IMG/VR virus record: IMGVR_UViG_3300013232_000195
Strand: one strand, 5' to 3'
Length of the DNA stretch: 64,000 nucleotides
Source: an uncultured virus (IMG/VR IMGVR_UViG_3300013232_000195)
Taxonomy: Duplodnaviria; Heunggongvirae; Uroviricota; Caudoviricetes
The position numbers and the translations under genes are program-made. The notes below the pieces were generated by a model. It was not told where the DNA came from, did no database searches, and saw nothing but the letters and a program-made list of their open reading frames with translations. Shown here in pieces: positions 28,851 to 39,050 of this stretch (the stretch's first letter is position 1; every line of letters starts with the position of its first letter).

Positions 28851-30306
28851 GCCATGCCCGTGTCGCAGCCGTTTGGGCCACGGGTATTTCCCTGACGAAT
28901 TCGACGGCCTCTCCAGAATAGGTTCGCCATTCACCCAAGGCGGATACTCGGTGTCCATAACTCTTTGGCTTTGCCTTGAATTCGAGTATGGCTATCTGAT
29001 CGTCTGGAACTTGTGCAAGGGCGACTGGATCCGAGTTGAAGTAAAGAGGATCCAAAGGTCCTCCAGCTTCTTCCCTGAAAGCAGACCAAGACTTGAACAA
29101 CTGGAATAACTCTTGAGTCTGCTTTTCTGGACTAAGCTTCCTTCTGAATGTGGTGTAATGGTCATCTACCGTACCATGTGTCCATTTTGATTCTGGGACG
29201 GGTTCCCACCCTTCCTTGGCCATCTCTACCGTGCTTTTTGGGAAGCCAGTCCCGTAGGTTTCATACCCAGCTAGGAGTTCCTTGACCTTTGCTGGTATCT
29301 GGCCATTCCATTTGAACCCTTCGCTGCTTCCAGTTCCAACGTAACCCATCCAGTTGTTGATCCATGGGCGCTTGGATCCTGCCCCCTTGACGGCCAGGTC
29401 GATCAGGTCCATCAAGGTTGTCTTTCCCTCGGCGAATGCCTTGGCCTCCTTGAGGTTCGAGTAGATCCCCTTGGCGATTCCTAGTTCCTTGGTGAAGGAG
29501 ATCGTGTTGCTTTCTCCTCCGCCTAGACCCTTGCCAGAGGACTGGTTCAACTCGTCTCGGCTCTTGAGGCCTTGGCTCAGAACCTCGTCCTTGGCGGTGG
29601 TGACGTGGTACAGAGGCTCCGTAGGCAATGGGCCGTGGCCAGGGTTGAAGTAGAACTTCCTTTGCTCGGCATCCTTTGGATCAACGCGGCCAGTCGAGAT
29701 GGCCCATCCCATGACGCGCTCCCATTCCTTTTTCAGGTTCAAGTAGCGCTTGTATAGTTCTTCGTTGTCGATGATTTCGTCGAACGTCTTCCCTGGAATG
29801 TTAAGCTTGACCCATTCCTCTTTGGTCATGGTGGTCGGGTCAGCCAGTACCGCAGCGAACTTGCACGATGACTTAACCCACGCGACGACGCGGTTGTTTT
29901 TGTCGACTAGGCTGAACGCGTTCTGATCTAGGAATATCGTCTGTGGCTCTCCCCATCTTCCAGCAACTTGCTCGTATCCTAACTCTCCATCAAAAGCCGA
30001 CTGAGGGATCACGACTGCATCGTGTCCAAGGGTCTTGGCCCAAGCGCAAAAGCGTCCTGTCAAGTTTGGATGAAAGCGCTCTTGAGACGCCCCGATCCCG
30101 CTCTCATTCCATGCTTTTATGGCTTTTTCTGGTGTGTCCAGAACCAATGGGTTGGTCGCCTTGTTCAGAACTTTGACGACTTTACCAGACGCGCTGCCAT
30201 AGGATTCGGCCAAGCCCACGTCATGAGCAACGAAAAATGGGACCTTCGGGCGTCCCTTTATGGGGCCTTTGGTGATCCCGTGATACAGAACTTGGTCCTG
30301 TCCCAT
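28837..30306 (-). CDS. Protein with two ART-fold-like domains
   Basis: LYHG..PFFVA..LAESYG..NPL..GHDAVVI and LYHVT..SQGLKS..ISFT..GEWR; start placed after the late promoter at 30341-30314. Confidence 0.55.
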   Translation of the reverse strand: MGQDQVLYHGITKGPIKGRPKVPFFVAHDVGLAESYGSASGKVVKVLNKATNPLVLDTPEKAIKAWNESGIGASQERFHPNLTGRFCAWAKTLGHDAVVIPQSAFDGELGYEQVAGRWGEPQTIFLDQNAFSLVDKNNRVVAWVKSSCKFAAVLADPTTMTKEEWVKLNIPGKTFDEIIDNEELYKRYLNLKKEWERVMGWAISTGRVDPKDAEQRKFYFNPGHGPLPTEPLYHVTTAKDEVLSQGLKSRDELNQSSGKGLGGGESNTISFTKELGIAKGIYSNLKEAKAFAEGKTTLMDLIDLAVKGAGSKRPWINNWMGYVGTGSSEGFKWNGQIPAKVKELLAGYETYGTGFPKSTVEMAKEGWEPVPESKWTHGTVDDHYTTFRRKLSPEKQTQELFQLFKSWSAFREEAGGPLDPLYFNSDPVALAQVPDDQIAILEFKAKPKSYGHRVSALGEWRTYSGEAVEFVREIPVAQTAATRAWLKTF

Positions 30307-30311
30307 AGACT

Positions 30312-31961
30312 TCACTTCAGCGATAGATGCTCCATCTCCTTGCCGTCGCTGGCCAGTAGTTTGTCTCCAGCGGCCCATAAAACACCGCTCCAGTCGTCGT
30401 CAACCTCCATTGAGGCGCTCGATCCGATTCTGGCCTTGAATACTCGTGCTTTCTGGTCTCCAATCGCCATGACACAGTTCAAGGAGTCAAGCAAGGCGAA
30501 GTTGACTTCTCGTTCCGCAACGTCAGCATCTACCATCACTTGCGACTCGGATTCTGTGGCGATGACGGTGACTCGGTCATAGCGTTTTCCGTTGTATCCT
30601 ATGGCCGAGAAGACGCCCGTGGTTCCACTCGTGTTTGCCTGGAACTTGGCATCGATCACGCGGTAGCCCTTCAGCTCGGCCACGTTCAGATGCCAGCAAG
30701 TCTTCGTCTTGGGGAAGAGCATGACTTGGCAAGTCCCGAACATGTCCTGGATCGCGCATCCTTGGAAGCACTTGGTTGCCTTGGGGAGGACGTTGTAGAT
30801 GGTCATGGGATATGGCGTTCCGTTAGGCAGCAATCCCACCTCGACCAGCTTGTCCTCGTTCTTGATCAGAATCATCCCGTTAGACCAGACGAGGTCTTGC
30901 CCTACGAAGTTGGTAGTCGTGGCAGTTCCAGTCTCTCCATCGGTGACGATCAGCTTCTCGTTCTCGAGACCCAAGACGTATGGTTTCTTGACCCAAGCCA
31001 AGTGATGTCCTTTGAATGAGCCGCTAGTCGTTCTCATGCCAACCAAAGAGCTGTCCGTGAGGTAGAAGTAGGCCCCTTCTTGGAACATGAACTCTCTGAT
31101 CTCGTAAGGCAGATCGTCAAGCGTCTTCCTCTTGACCTTGCCGAGGCCCTTCTTGACCACGGGGATGAGGGTAATGATTGGAGCGATGAAATCGAATGGC
31201 GGAGCGGTTCTCTCGCCCTTCTCGAGTACTGCCGTGTACCAATCGAGGTAGGCTTGTGGGATCACTTTGAACGGCTGGCAGACTGGAGGTACCGAGACGT
31301 TCTTGTTGAGAACGCTCACGTTGTGGATCATGCGCTCGTCTACGGACTTGTAGGACGAATGCTTCCCACGGTAAGGGTGAATTCCAATGAACAACTGGAA
31401 GGAAACCACGGCGAAAGAGAACCAGTCCGTCCCCTCGCTGAAGGTCTTGCTGTGTCGGTCTCGCACGGATTCCATCAGGGCCGTGGCATGGAAACTGGGG
31501 GTCTGGTACGAGTCCACATCGATGAAGTACAACTCGCCGAACTTCTGGTCTGTCATGAAGTTCATCTCGTTCAAGTCGACGATCAGTATCTTCTTCTCGT
31601 GGCAGTGCTGAACGCCCTCTCGCATGGTCTTGACCAAGCGCATGACGTGATTGTTGGTGATGCCGTTGCGGTCACGGAAGGCCTTGGTGAAGAGTTGGCA
31701 AAGGGTATAGGTGGACGGCAAGTAGCGCATCGTGTAGCCGACGACGCGGTTTCCATCGAAGATCTGTTCCATCGGGCGAATGATGTTCGGTAAGGTGATA
31801 AGCGACAGTTCATCCATCTTCTTGCTCGGGATGGTCTTCTTCGGATCCGAGTAGATCTTGTATGCGGTCTGGCCCTTGGCATAGACGGATGCTTCGCCAC
31901 CAGAGGCGACGAAGTCCGATTTGCTCAGGCTAACCGTTCTTTTCCCCGCCGTTATCTGCAT
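30312..31961 (-). CDS. Ser/Thr protein kinase (TerY-P type) with beta-rich C-terminal domain
   Basis: GGEASVY, YKIY, VDLNEMN, IDVDS, DWFSFAVV..LFIGIHPY. Confidence 0.85.
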   Translation of the reverse strand: MQITAGKRTVSLSKSDFVASGGEASVYAKGQTAYKIYSDPKKTIPSKKMDELSLITLPNIIRPMEQIFDGNRVVGYTMRYLPSTYTLCQLFTKAFRDRNGITNNHVMRLVKTMREGVQHCHEKKILIVDLNEMNFMTDQKFGELYFIDVDSYQTPSFHATALMESVRDRHSKTFSEGTDWFSFAVVSFQLFIGIHPYRGKHSSYKSVDERMIHNVSVLNKNVSVPPVCQPFKVIPQAYLDWYTAVLEKGERTAPPFDFIAPIITLIPVVKKGLGKVKRKTLDDLPYEIREFMFQEGAYFYLTDSSLVGMRTTSGSFKGHHLAWVKKPYVLGLENEKLIVTDGETGTATTTNFVGQDLVWSNGMILIKNEDKLVEVGLLPNGTPYPMTIYNVLPKATKCFQGCAIQDMFGTCQVMLFPKTKTCWHLNVAELKGYRVIDAKFQANTSGTTGVFSAIGYNGKRYDRVTVIATESESQVMVDADVAEREVNFALLDSLNCVMAIGDQKARVFKARIGSSASMEVDDDWSGVLWAAGDKLLASDGKEMEHLSLK

Positions 31962-32844
31962 CTTCGGGGTCCTCCCATGCGATCGCGGCCAAACCAATGT
32001 CGTCGTGGTTGCTCCAGCCCTCGGCCTTGGCTTCCTTCTGGAAGCCTCTAAGCCTTCTCGAGACAAACTGCCCTTGGGTTCCCTTAAAGGCAACCAGTTT
32101 GTCGATGACGTCAGTGAGGGCCACGGAAGACTTGCTCTTCGATGTTTCCTTGGCGCTGCTCTTTAGTACGGAGCATGCCCCGTCGGTGATGGCGAATGCG
32201 ACGTCCCCAGGGGCCGCTGGCCAGAAGCACGAATACGGTCCTGGCGGGATGATGGTCAATGCGTTTTCACCCCAGCCAGACTTATACTTCACCCGATGCC
32301 TTATCTTCCCGTTTTCATTGGCGACGAACTGCCTCTTCCTGTTCTCGTCAAGCTCGTAGCTGAGGTAATACGGGCAACCGCTTGGGTAGTTGACTTCTAG
32401 AAGGTGAATTGCATCTTTTTGCTTCAGCCCGATGACACCGTCTCCAGCTATGAAAAACCCAAAGCCTTGCGCCTTCTTGTCGTGTCGTATCGCAAGGAGA
32501 GTTGCGTCAATGGCATGAGGTTCAAGACCAAGTTGTCTGGCAGAATAGCTTGCCAGCAAGGCAATGGCCTTTGAGTTCGTAGTGGTCGAGCACGACTCGA
32601 ACGGGCTGACTCCTTGCAAGACTGACTCGATGGCTGAGAGGACGAGCAAGCGAGACCCTATGTCGGTGTCTGGGGAGCCAGAGCATCCATCAGAGACGAA
32701 CGCCCATTTCTCGCAAGGCAGCGAGCCTTCTTCCCTTCCCATGGCCGTGTAGTCCATGCCAGGGATGGGCGCGTCAAGAATCCTGGCGTAGTCTTGGCAG
32801 ACCAGATGGCTCTCGCCTATGATCATTCCAGCATCGCTGCTCAT
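31930..32844 (-). CDS. PP2C-family protein phosphatase
   Basis: GESH..CQDY, VSDGCSGS, DATLL, AGDG, ITDG, HDD. Confidence 0.85.
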   Translation of the reverse strand: MSSDAGMIIGESHLVCQDYARILDAPIPGMDYTAMGREEGSLPCEKWAFVSDGCSGSPDTDIGSRLLVLSAIESVLQGVSPFESCSTTTNSKAIALLASYSARQLGLEPHAIDATLLAIRHDKKAQGFGFFIAGDGVIGLKQKDAIHLLEVNYPSGCPYYLSYELDENRKRQFVANENGKIRHRVKYKSGWGENALTIIPPGPYSCFWPAAPGDVAFAITDGACSVLKSSAKETSKSKSSVALTDVIDKLVAFKGTQGQFVSRRLRGFQKEAKAEGWSNHDDIGLAAIAWEDPEDADNGGEKNG

Positions 32845-32854
32845 GGTCCGCTCC

Positions 32855-33089
32855 TTAATGCCCGTCTCGAATGATGCCAGGCTCGTAGGCAGTTTTCAGC
32901 TTGATGACCTTGCCTATCATCCTTCTTATGGAAGCCCCTCTATGTCCCCAAATGAAAACACAGTCGTTTTCCACGAACCCGATCTTCTCTTTGAGACTCT
33001 CCTTGACCCAGCTTTCCGCCACGGCCTTGTCTGCGAATGGGCCGTAGTGCTTGGGGCCGTAGTCGTCTAGCAACTCAACGATGTACATG
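32855..33089 (-). CDS. Small hypothetical protein inside the operon
   Basis: GGAGG RBS before MYIVELL. Confidence 0.55.
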
Positions 33090-33145
33090 GCTTCCTCCGA
33101 ATGGTTGCCCATGGCCGCAAGGCCATGGGCAACCCAGATGTTCCA

Positions 33146-33883
33146 CTAGAACGTCAGCGACTTGCTCGGTCCGCCCGTCCCCAACGCGCTCGACTGGGAC
33201 GATATGCTCTTGCTGACGAACTCGGCCAGCCTCGCCAGTTTCTTGGCCGAGGCGTCCGCGACGACCACGTACTGAGTGAAGCCAGCGTCCTTGTGGAACT
33301 GGTCCAACAGATCCTTGACGTGGGAGTCGGTCACTCTGACTCCAACGAGGATCGACACCATGGACTCGAGGTTCTCGCCCTTCACGGCATCGGCAAGAGC
33401 CTGTTTGACATCCTTCTGGGATAAGGCAGAGGCGTTGTCCTCTCCGTCCGTGAGGACGATGACGATGGCGTTCACGGCGTAGTCATTCTTCACGAGCGAC
33501 TTGCCGTAGTGGTTGGTGGCCTCAATGCCGTTTGTGGCGGCATCGAACAAGGCCGTGCAACCTCCCGTCTTGAGGACGCCATCGTACTGGTCTGGGCTGC
33601 ATTCCTGAAGCAGCTTGAACCCGTGTTCCTCACGCAACGTGGTGTTGAACGTGACGAGCCGCAACATCAGGTTGTCGGCTCGGGGGGAGTACTTGCAAGC
33701 CTCTACGACGGCCTTGATGACTCCCTCCATTTCCTTCTCGAACCCCGAGACGGAGCCTGTCACGTCCACGACCATCGTGACGAGCGTGTACTCGGTCGCT
33801 TGCAAGTCGCGCAAGCGGGTGGCGGAGTAGCCGAAGTTGTCCGTGGGCAACTTCTTCTGTTCCAGATTGGCGAGGCTAGGCAT
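33146..33883 (-). CDS. von Willebrand factor A (TerY-like) protein
   Basis: VDVTGSV MIDAS, TALFDA, LTDGEDNAS. Confidence 0.88.
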   Translation of the reverse strand: MPSLANLEQKKLPTDNFGYSATRLRDLQATEYTLVTMVVDVTGSVSGFEKEMEGVIKAVVEACKYSPRADNLMLRLVTFNTTLREEHGFKLLQECSPDQYDGVLKTGGCTALFDAATNGIEATNHYGKSLVKNDYAVNAIVIVLTDGEDNASALSQKDVKQALADAVKGENLESMVSILVGVRVTDSHVKDLLDQFHKDAGFTQYVVVADASAKKLARLAEFVSKSISSQSSALGTGGPSKSLTF

Positions 33884-33917
33884 TGTATGGCCCTCCTTCT
33901 TTCCTTTGCTGTGTGGA

Positions 33918-34724
33918 CTAGGTGAGGAAGTCCACGGTGTTGGAGACCTTCATTCCCTTTGCGACCATCTCGTCGCGGAACGTGGTGTACAAGCCCTCGA
34001 ACCCAGGAACTGGGCTGGTGGCATCCTCGAGGAGAACGATCTTGGCCACGAGCTTGTCGTCTTGGAACTGCTTGACGATGTCTCGTACCGTGTTGGCGAG
34101 GCAGTGTGATCCAGCCTCTCCAGCGACGGCGATGAGGTCGGCCTCCATCAGCGTCTGGACGAACTCCGCATTGATGGACGTCTTCGGATCGCTCGGGTCG
34201 GGAACCTCAGCCTGAATGGCGCTGTAGTGTTCCGTGAACGGGTTGCTGCCCTTGGCCACGAAGTCGATCGTGGACAAGTTCGTCGCGCACCAGTCGTTCA
34301 ACTCCTTGGCCAGCTCGGGGACGATGGCCGCTCCTGGCGTCCCGATCAGGCAGTGGGGAGGCCAGATGCAGAGCGGGTAGCGCTGGCCCTTCTCCAGAGC
34401 CGTGACGTAGTTCACCATCCGCTGGAAGCAGCCAGGAAGGCTCGGACTCCACACGCCGTCCTTCACGTCCTGCGCGGTGATGATCGTGAAGGGCTTCGGG
34501 TTGTTACCCTTGGTGTCCTTCCAGAAGACGGGGTGAGCGACGTCCACCATGTGGTGGGAGTCGAGGGTCACGTGGATGTCATGCAACTTCTTCTGCGTCC
34601 GCTTGACGAACGTCGAGAGCCGCTTCATGTCCGCGTCTGCGCCCTTCACGAACAGCGCCCCAGAAGGATTGCAGAAGTCCTCCTGCGGGTCGATCACAAC
34701 CAGATCCACCTTCTTGATCGCCAT
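33918..34724 (-). CDS. pncA: Nicotinamidase/isochorismatase-family cysteine hydrolase
   Basis: IDPQEDFC, DSH, WPPHC, KG, GEAGSHC catalytic set. Confidence 0.8.
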   Translation of the reverse strand: MAIKKVDLVVIDPQEDFCNPSGALFVKGADADMKRLSTFVKRTQKKLHDIHVTLDSHHMVDVAHPVFWKDTKGNNPKPFTIITAQDVKDGVWSPSLPGCFQRMVNYVTALEKGQRYPLCIWPPHCLIGTPGAAIVPELAKELNDWCATNLSTIDFVAKGSNPFTEHYSAIQAEVPDPSDPKTSINAEFVQTLMEADLIAVAGEAGSHCLANTVRDIVKQFQDDKLVAKIVLLEDATSPVPGFEGLYTTFRDEMVAKGMKVSNTVDFLT

Positions 34725-34746
34725 GGTCGTTTCTCCTTTCATGGCC

Positions 34747-34790
34747 TTAGTGTCACATCCACACCATCCTTATTGTGAATATTACACTAC
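34747..34790 (-). promoter_or_regulatory. Two tandem NrtR-type operator boxes overlapping the operon promoter
   Basis: TTAGT-GT-CACATCC-AC-ACCAT and TTATT-GT-GAATATT-AC-ACTAC (GT-N7-AC); minus-strand TTGTGA-N16-TAATAT. Confidence 0.75.
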
Positions 34791-34862
34791 ATTCCTCCGA
34801 TCACAACGTCTTTTCTGGCACTTGACGACCGAATGTGATTCAAACGGATGCGTCATCATGGG

Positions 34863-35666
34863 TTACAACTCAAAGAAAAAGCCATTTCGCTTGCTTTCCC
34901 AGAACGATTTCTGGTCGTATCTGTAAAGTGCCGCTGGGCGGTGAGCCGTTCCCTCTTGTATTTTGCACGGCTTGAGGATTCCCATGGAGAGGATCTTCTT
35001 GCGGAAGTTGCGCTTGTCGAAGTTCCTGTCAAGGACGGCCTCGTAGGCCTCTTGCAGCGTTGTCAGCGTGAACTCCTTGGGCAAGAGCTTGAAGATGACG
35101 GGCTGGTATGCCACCTTCGCCGCGAGGCGCTCAAGCGCGTAGCTGAAGATGTCGTAGTGATCGAACGCGAATGCCCCGCCACGCAAGTTGACTCGCTGGC
35201 CGTTCTCGTCCCGTTTGATCGGAATCCAGACGGCTTCTTTGGCATCGCTTCCAGCCTTGGCCTTCTGGAAAGAGGACACGTCAACGAGGGCCATGTACCC
35301 GACCGTGATGTATCGGCCACGAGGGTCTCGCTTCGGGTCTCCAAACGTGTAAAGCTGTTCCAAGTGGATGTTTTTCGGTGAGATCTGACGATGATCACCA
35401 GCGGTGATGCGAGAGTACGGGAACTTTGGTGTCTCCTCAAGGACGATCCCCGTTTCTTCCTTCAGTTCTCGCAGCGCGGTTTGTTCCAAGGTCTCGTCCA
35501 TCTGGATGTGACCGCCAGGAAACGCCCAGTGGTCGGCGAAGGGGTCCTCCTTGCGCTTGATGAGCAAGATTTGCAACTCCTTAAAGACAACGTCGTACCC
35601 GAAGATGATGACGTCGGTGGTCACGCAAGGCATCGGATAGTTGTAGGTGTAGGTCTTTTTGCCCAT
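34863..35666 (-). CDS. nrtR: NrtR Nudix/winged-helix transcriptional regulator
   Basis: PGG...ETLEQTALRELKEETG Nudix box, LEQLYTFGDPKRDPR, AFDH, LLPKEFTL, DKRNFRKKI, RPAALY. Confidence 0.92.
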   Translation of the reverse strand: MGKKTYTYNYPMPCVTTDVIIFGYDVVFKELQILLIKRKEDPFADHWAFPGGHIQMDETLEQTALRELKEETGIVLEETPKFPYSRITAGDHRQISPKNIHLEQLYTFGDPKRDPRGRYITVGYMALVDVSSFQKAKAGSDAKEAVWIPIKRDENGQRVNLRGGAFAFDHYDIFSYALERLAAKVAYQPVIFKLLPKEFTLTTLQEAYEAVLDRNFDKRNFRKKILSMGILKPCKIQEGTAHRPAALYRYDQKSFWESKRNGFFFEL

Positions 35667-35677
35667 GGATTGTCTCC

Positions 35678-35698
35678 TTAGTGTCAAGGCTACTATAT
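35678..35698 (-). promoter_or_regulatory. NrtR-type operator box upstream of nrtR (autoregulation)
   Basis: TTAGT-GT-CAAGGCT-AC-TATAT overlapping the -10 of TTGACT-N16-TAGCCT. Confidence 0.7.
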
Positions 35699-36844
35699 CT
35701 ACGGCAAAAGTCAAGGCACAAAACTTTCTTGACTTCTTGAGAAACGTGGCTATGGTTGGTGCTCAAAGGAGATCGGAATGAAAACACTAGCATTGATCGT
35801 CACGTTGTCGTTCTCTTGTCTTGGTGTCGCGGCAGAACCATTCCCGGAAGCGGCCAAGGAATACTTCATGGCTTGCCTTCGCGGGAACGGAGAGAAGGAG
35901 ACGAAGGACTTCTCGTGGCAAGTAAGCAAGCTGTACGGCTTCACGCTCAGGCAAGTTAAGACAGCCACTTGCTTCTACCAAGAGGGCAAGTCTTTCGATC
36001 AAGCGATGAACGAGGTCATAGCGTTCGAGTCCAAGAAGGGCAGGTTCTTCCGCGCCATGCTTCTTATCGCGATAGCGGGAGACTTGGGGATGGATCCAGT
36101 GGTTCCAGAGAACGTGAGGGCGTACCTCAATGCCCGCTACTGTTCTTCTTGCGGTAGTTGGTGGGTCGGACCCAGAGCCTATAATTGCTGCCGCTGCGAT
36201 GACAAGAGCGCGGGGTCTCGACGCTGTGTGTTAAAACAAGGACATCTAGGTGATCATTCCTATGATCTGATGATGGAGTTGGGTCCGATTCCAGCAATGG
36301 GTGAGATGCAGACAAGACCTTACGGACCTTGAGGAATACCATGGACTCCATAATCAGAAGCCTCTTTGAGTTGATACCAGAGCCGTTCCGTCCGTACGTG
36401 GCGTTCGGGCTTTTGGTCTTGTACATCGTTACAAAAGCCCGCAGCGCCTCCAAGAGCCAAAAGATCACCAAACTGGTTCTTGTCGTTTGCCCCAAGCCGA
36501 AGGAGGGCGAGAAAGGCCTCCTTCGTACACCCTCATGGTGGGACAAGTTGGTTGATGCCATTTTCTAAGGAGTAGCCATGGACAAGCCAAGCAAGTACTG
36601 GGTCAAGTACAACAAGTCGTGGCTTGATTTCGAGAATGACGGCCTCGCTCGGGCTGGCATGTTTGTTGAGGTCAAGGGCAACACGTACGACGCCGAGGCC
36701 GTAGAGACGTACTTGATCGGAGACGTAAACGAAAATCGCGGGGTATGCGATGATTGTACGGCCTTCCCCAAAGGGGCCATCGTGTTGAGGTACAAGCAGC
36801 TTGTCACTGACGACATGATGAGTATTTAGCACTTCTTCCGAAAA

Positions 36845-36877
36845 CGTGCTTGACCACAAGGACATGCCTAGTAGGAT
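36845..36877 (+). promoter_or_regulatory. Promoter for the paralog array and radical SAM gene
   Basis: CGTGC-TTGACC-N16-TAGGAT. Confidence 0.65.
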
Positions 36878-36896
36878 TCGCGCCAGGAGCTAGGTC

Positions 36897-37193
36897 ATGA
36901 AAAAGCGTGACGGACATGTGTCGAACAGTTCTTCCACGTCGTTCGTTCTCATGCTCTCCGCCAAGGACGATGCTTTTCTGAAGGACGAGCTTGATACTGA
37001 TGAACATGACGATAGGTTAGCCTTAGCAATGTTGCAAAGGCCAAAGTACAAGCGCGTTGGTGGAAAGCACATGGTTGTCTATAAGGAATCCGAATACTTG
37101 GGTTGTGGCGGGATTCCTTCGCTTGCCAAAGCTTTGGTAGAAAAGATTCCTGGCAAGTACATTCTGGAGATCAAAGAAGGAGGAAGTCCGTGA
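36897..37193 (+). CDS. GHVSNSSS-motif paralog 1
   Basis: MKKRDGHVSNSSSTSF. Confidence 0.85.
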   Translation: MKKRDGHVSNSSSTSFVLMLSAKDDAFLKDELDTDEHDDRLALAMLQRPKYKRVGGKHMVVYKESEYLGCGGIPSLAKALVEKIPGKYILEIKEGGSP

Positions 37194-37555
37194 AGATCCG
37201 AGAAGGTCACGTCTCCAACAGTTCGTCCTCGTCCTTCATCATCGTAATCAAAAAGAAAGACTACGAGGCCGTCTTACAAGATCTTGACGGGCTACCAAAA
37301 AAGATCGCCAAGGCGTTTGCTTGGCAAAGCCTTGGAAACAAGGATCTGATTATGGTGGCGAACTGGTCTGAAATGGATGGCAGTGACACATTGGACCATT
37401 TGGGATTTAGGGAGAAACTTGGACTAGACAGACCTGGCGAAGAGGACGATGACGAGGTAGACAACTCTTACGAGCGTTTTCATGACGCTTGGGACGAGGT
37501 TCGGGATGCGCTTGAGGAAAAGTCATCCTTGTACCTCAAAAACGAGGATAACTAA
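37190..37555 (+). CDS. GHVSNSSS-motif paralog 2
   Basis: GTG start; KIREGHVSNSSSSSF. Confidence 0.85.
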   Translation: MKIREGHVSNSSSSSFIIVIKKKDYEAVLQDLDGLPKKIAKAFAWQSLGNKDLIMVANWSEMDGSDTLDHLGFREKLGLDRPGEEDDDEVDNSYERFHDAWDEVRDALEEKSSLYLKNEDN

Positions 37556-37557
37556 CC

Positions 37558-37962
37558 ATGAAACTCCGTGATGGTCATGTCTCTAACAGCTCGTCGTCTT
37601 CATTCATTTCCGTGATGACGAAGGCCACCTTCGAGAAGGCCAAGGCGGACGCTGGAGAGTTCGCTGGCAAGTTGGCCGATCTCGTTGCACAGCATCATAG
37701 GCTCGGAAATGAGGACATCGTTCTCATTGCCGTACGGGCCTACGAGGGCAACTATTTCTACGGTGATCCACTTTTGGAGCCAACGAAGATCAAGGCTCGT
37801 GGATGTGAACACCCCATCTCGGACGCGCCGTTCTGTAACATGTGTGGCAAGGCTACATGGGTTGAGGAGAACGAATACCCAGACTGGCAAGATGCCTGGG
37901 AAAAGTTCTGCGAGAGCATCCCAAAAGGAGAGGAGTTCGGAGAACTCCAAGGAGACGAGTAA
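37558..37962 (+). CDS. GHVSNSSS-motif paralog 3, with zinc-ribbon insertion
   Basis: MKLRDGHVSNSSSSSF; CEH..FCNMCG. Confidence 0.85.
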   Translation: MKLRDGHVSNSSSSSFISVMTKATFEKAKADAGEFAGKLADLVAQHHRLGNEDIVLIAVRAYEGNYFYGDPLLEPTKIKARGCEHPISDAPFCNMCGKATWVEENEYPDWQDAWEKFCESIPKGEEFGELQGDE

Positions 37963-38246
37963 TGAAAGTACGAGAAGGCCACGTTTCAAACAGTTCGTCG
38001 TCATCGTTCGTCTTGGTCACCACCAAGGAGAACTTCGACAAGGTCTACGCCGAGGCAAGTAGCGAATCAAAGTCGTTCGCCGATGAGCAAGCAATACACA
38101 AGAAGATAGGAAGCCAGGAACTGGTTTTCTTTGCGGGCGGAGGATACGAAGGCGGTGACATTTTCGTGGGGGACGACTGGTACGAATTCAGAGAAGCCCT
38201 CTGCGAAGATGAAAAAGCCACCTACTACCACCGAGAAGACATCTGA
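37962..38246 (+). CDS. GHVSNSSS-motif paralog 4
   Basis: MKVREGHVSNSSSSSF. Confidence 0.85.
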   Translation: MKVREGHVSNSSSSSFVLVTTKENFDKVYAEASSESKSFADEQAIHKKIGSQELVFFAGGGYEGGDIFVGDDWYEFREALCEDEKATYYHREDI

Positions 38247-38259
38247 TAAGGAGACTGCC

Positions 38260-38598
38260 ATGAAGGTTCGCGACGGACATGTTTCAAACTCCAGTTCTTC
38301 CTCGTTCGTTCTGCTGACGTCAAAGGAGAACTACGAGAAAGCGGTGGCTGACGCTACTCCGTGGCAGCGAGCCGTCGCAGAGGCGATGAAGGGAGAAGAA
38401 GGCAAATTCCTTGGCATTGACGTGGTAAGCTTCTGTGGATGGAGCGATGCTGGTGGCGGGAGTTCGTTTGAGTACTTGCGCGAAGAAATCAAGTACGAAG
38501 GCGATGACGAAGAGAGCGCGTACGATGGATGGGATGCGTTCGAGAAACTCTTGAAGAGGAACAAGGACGCCATTTTTGAAGGTGGCTCGGACTGGTAG
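38260..38598 (+). CDS. GHVSNSSS-motif paralog 5
   Basis: MKVRDGHVSNSSSSSF after AAGGAG. Confidence 0.85.
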   Translation: MKVRDGHVSNSSSSSFVLLTSKENYEKAVADATPWQRAVAEAMKGEEGKFLGIDVVSFCGWSDAGGGSSFEYLREEIKYEGDDEESAYDGWDAFEKLLKRNKDAIFEGGSDW

Positions 38599-38615
38599 TA
38601 CCCAAGGAGAATACC

Positions 38616-39020
38616 ATGAAGGTTCGTGATGGACATGTCTCAAACTCCAGTTCTTCCTCGTTCGTTCTGATGACCACGAAGGAGAACTACGAGAGGGCAT
38701 TGGCCGAGGCCGATCCGTATGTCAAGGCCGTGGCAAAGGCTCTGGTGGACAAAGACGAGTCGAAGCAGACCTTCCTTGGCAGAAAGATGGTAGTCTTCTC
38801 CCACTACAGCGACTCTGGAGGGAACGGAACATTTTCCTATCTTGAGGTTAAATGCGCCCCTCCTCGAAGAGAAGACGTGCAGCATGACGAAGAGGATGAC
38901 GACTTAAACGAAGACGAGGACTACTGCGAGGAAGAAGCCAAATACCTCGCATGGCAGAAGTTCCAAGATCTTCTTAACAAGAACAAGACAGAGGTGATCT
39001 CAGCCCGTACGGGAGGCTGA
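38616..39020 (+). CDS. GHVSNSSS-motif paralog 6
   Basis: MKVRDGHVSNSSSSSF. Confidence 0.85.
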   Translation: MKVRDGHVSNSSSSSFVLMTTKENYERALAEADPYVKAVAKALVDKDESKQTFLGRKMVVFSHYSDSGGNGTFSYLEVKCAPPRREDVQHDEEDDDLNEDEDYCEEEAKYLAWQKFQDLLNKNKTEVISARTGG

Positions 39021-39050
39021 GAAGGCTAGGAATCAAGCAAGGAGCGACAA

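Noticed and set aside
30307..30378. Longer N-termini given by the ORF track (also 32093, 35714, 12795, 45926)
   Set aside because: The extensions overlap neighbouring genes or promoters; downstream starts have better RBS or promoter context
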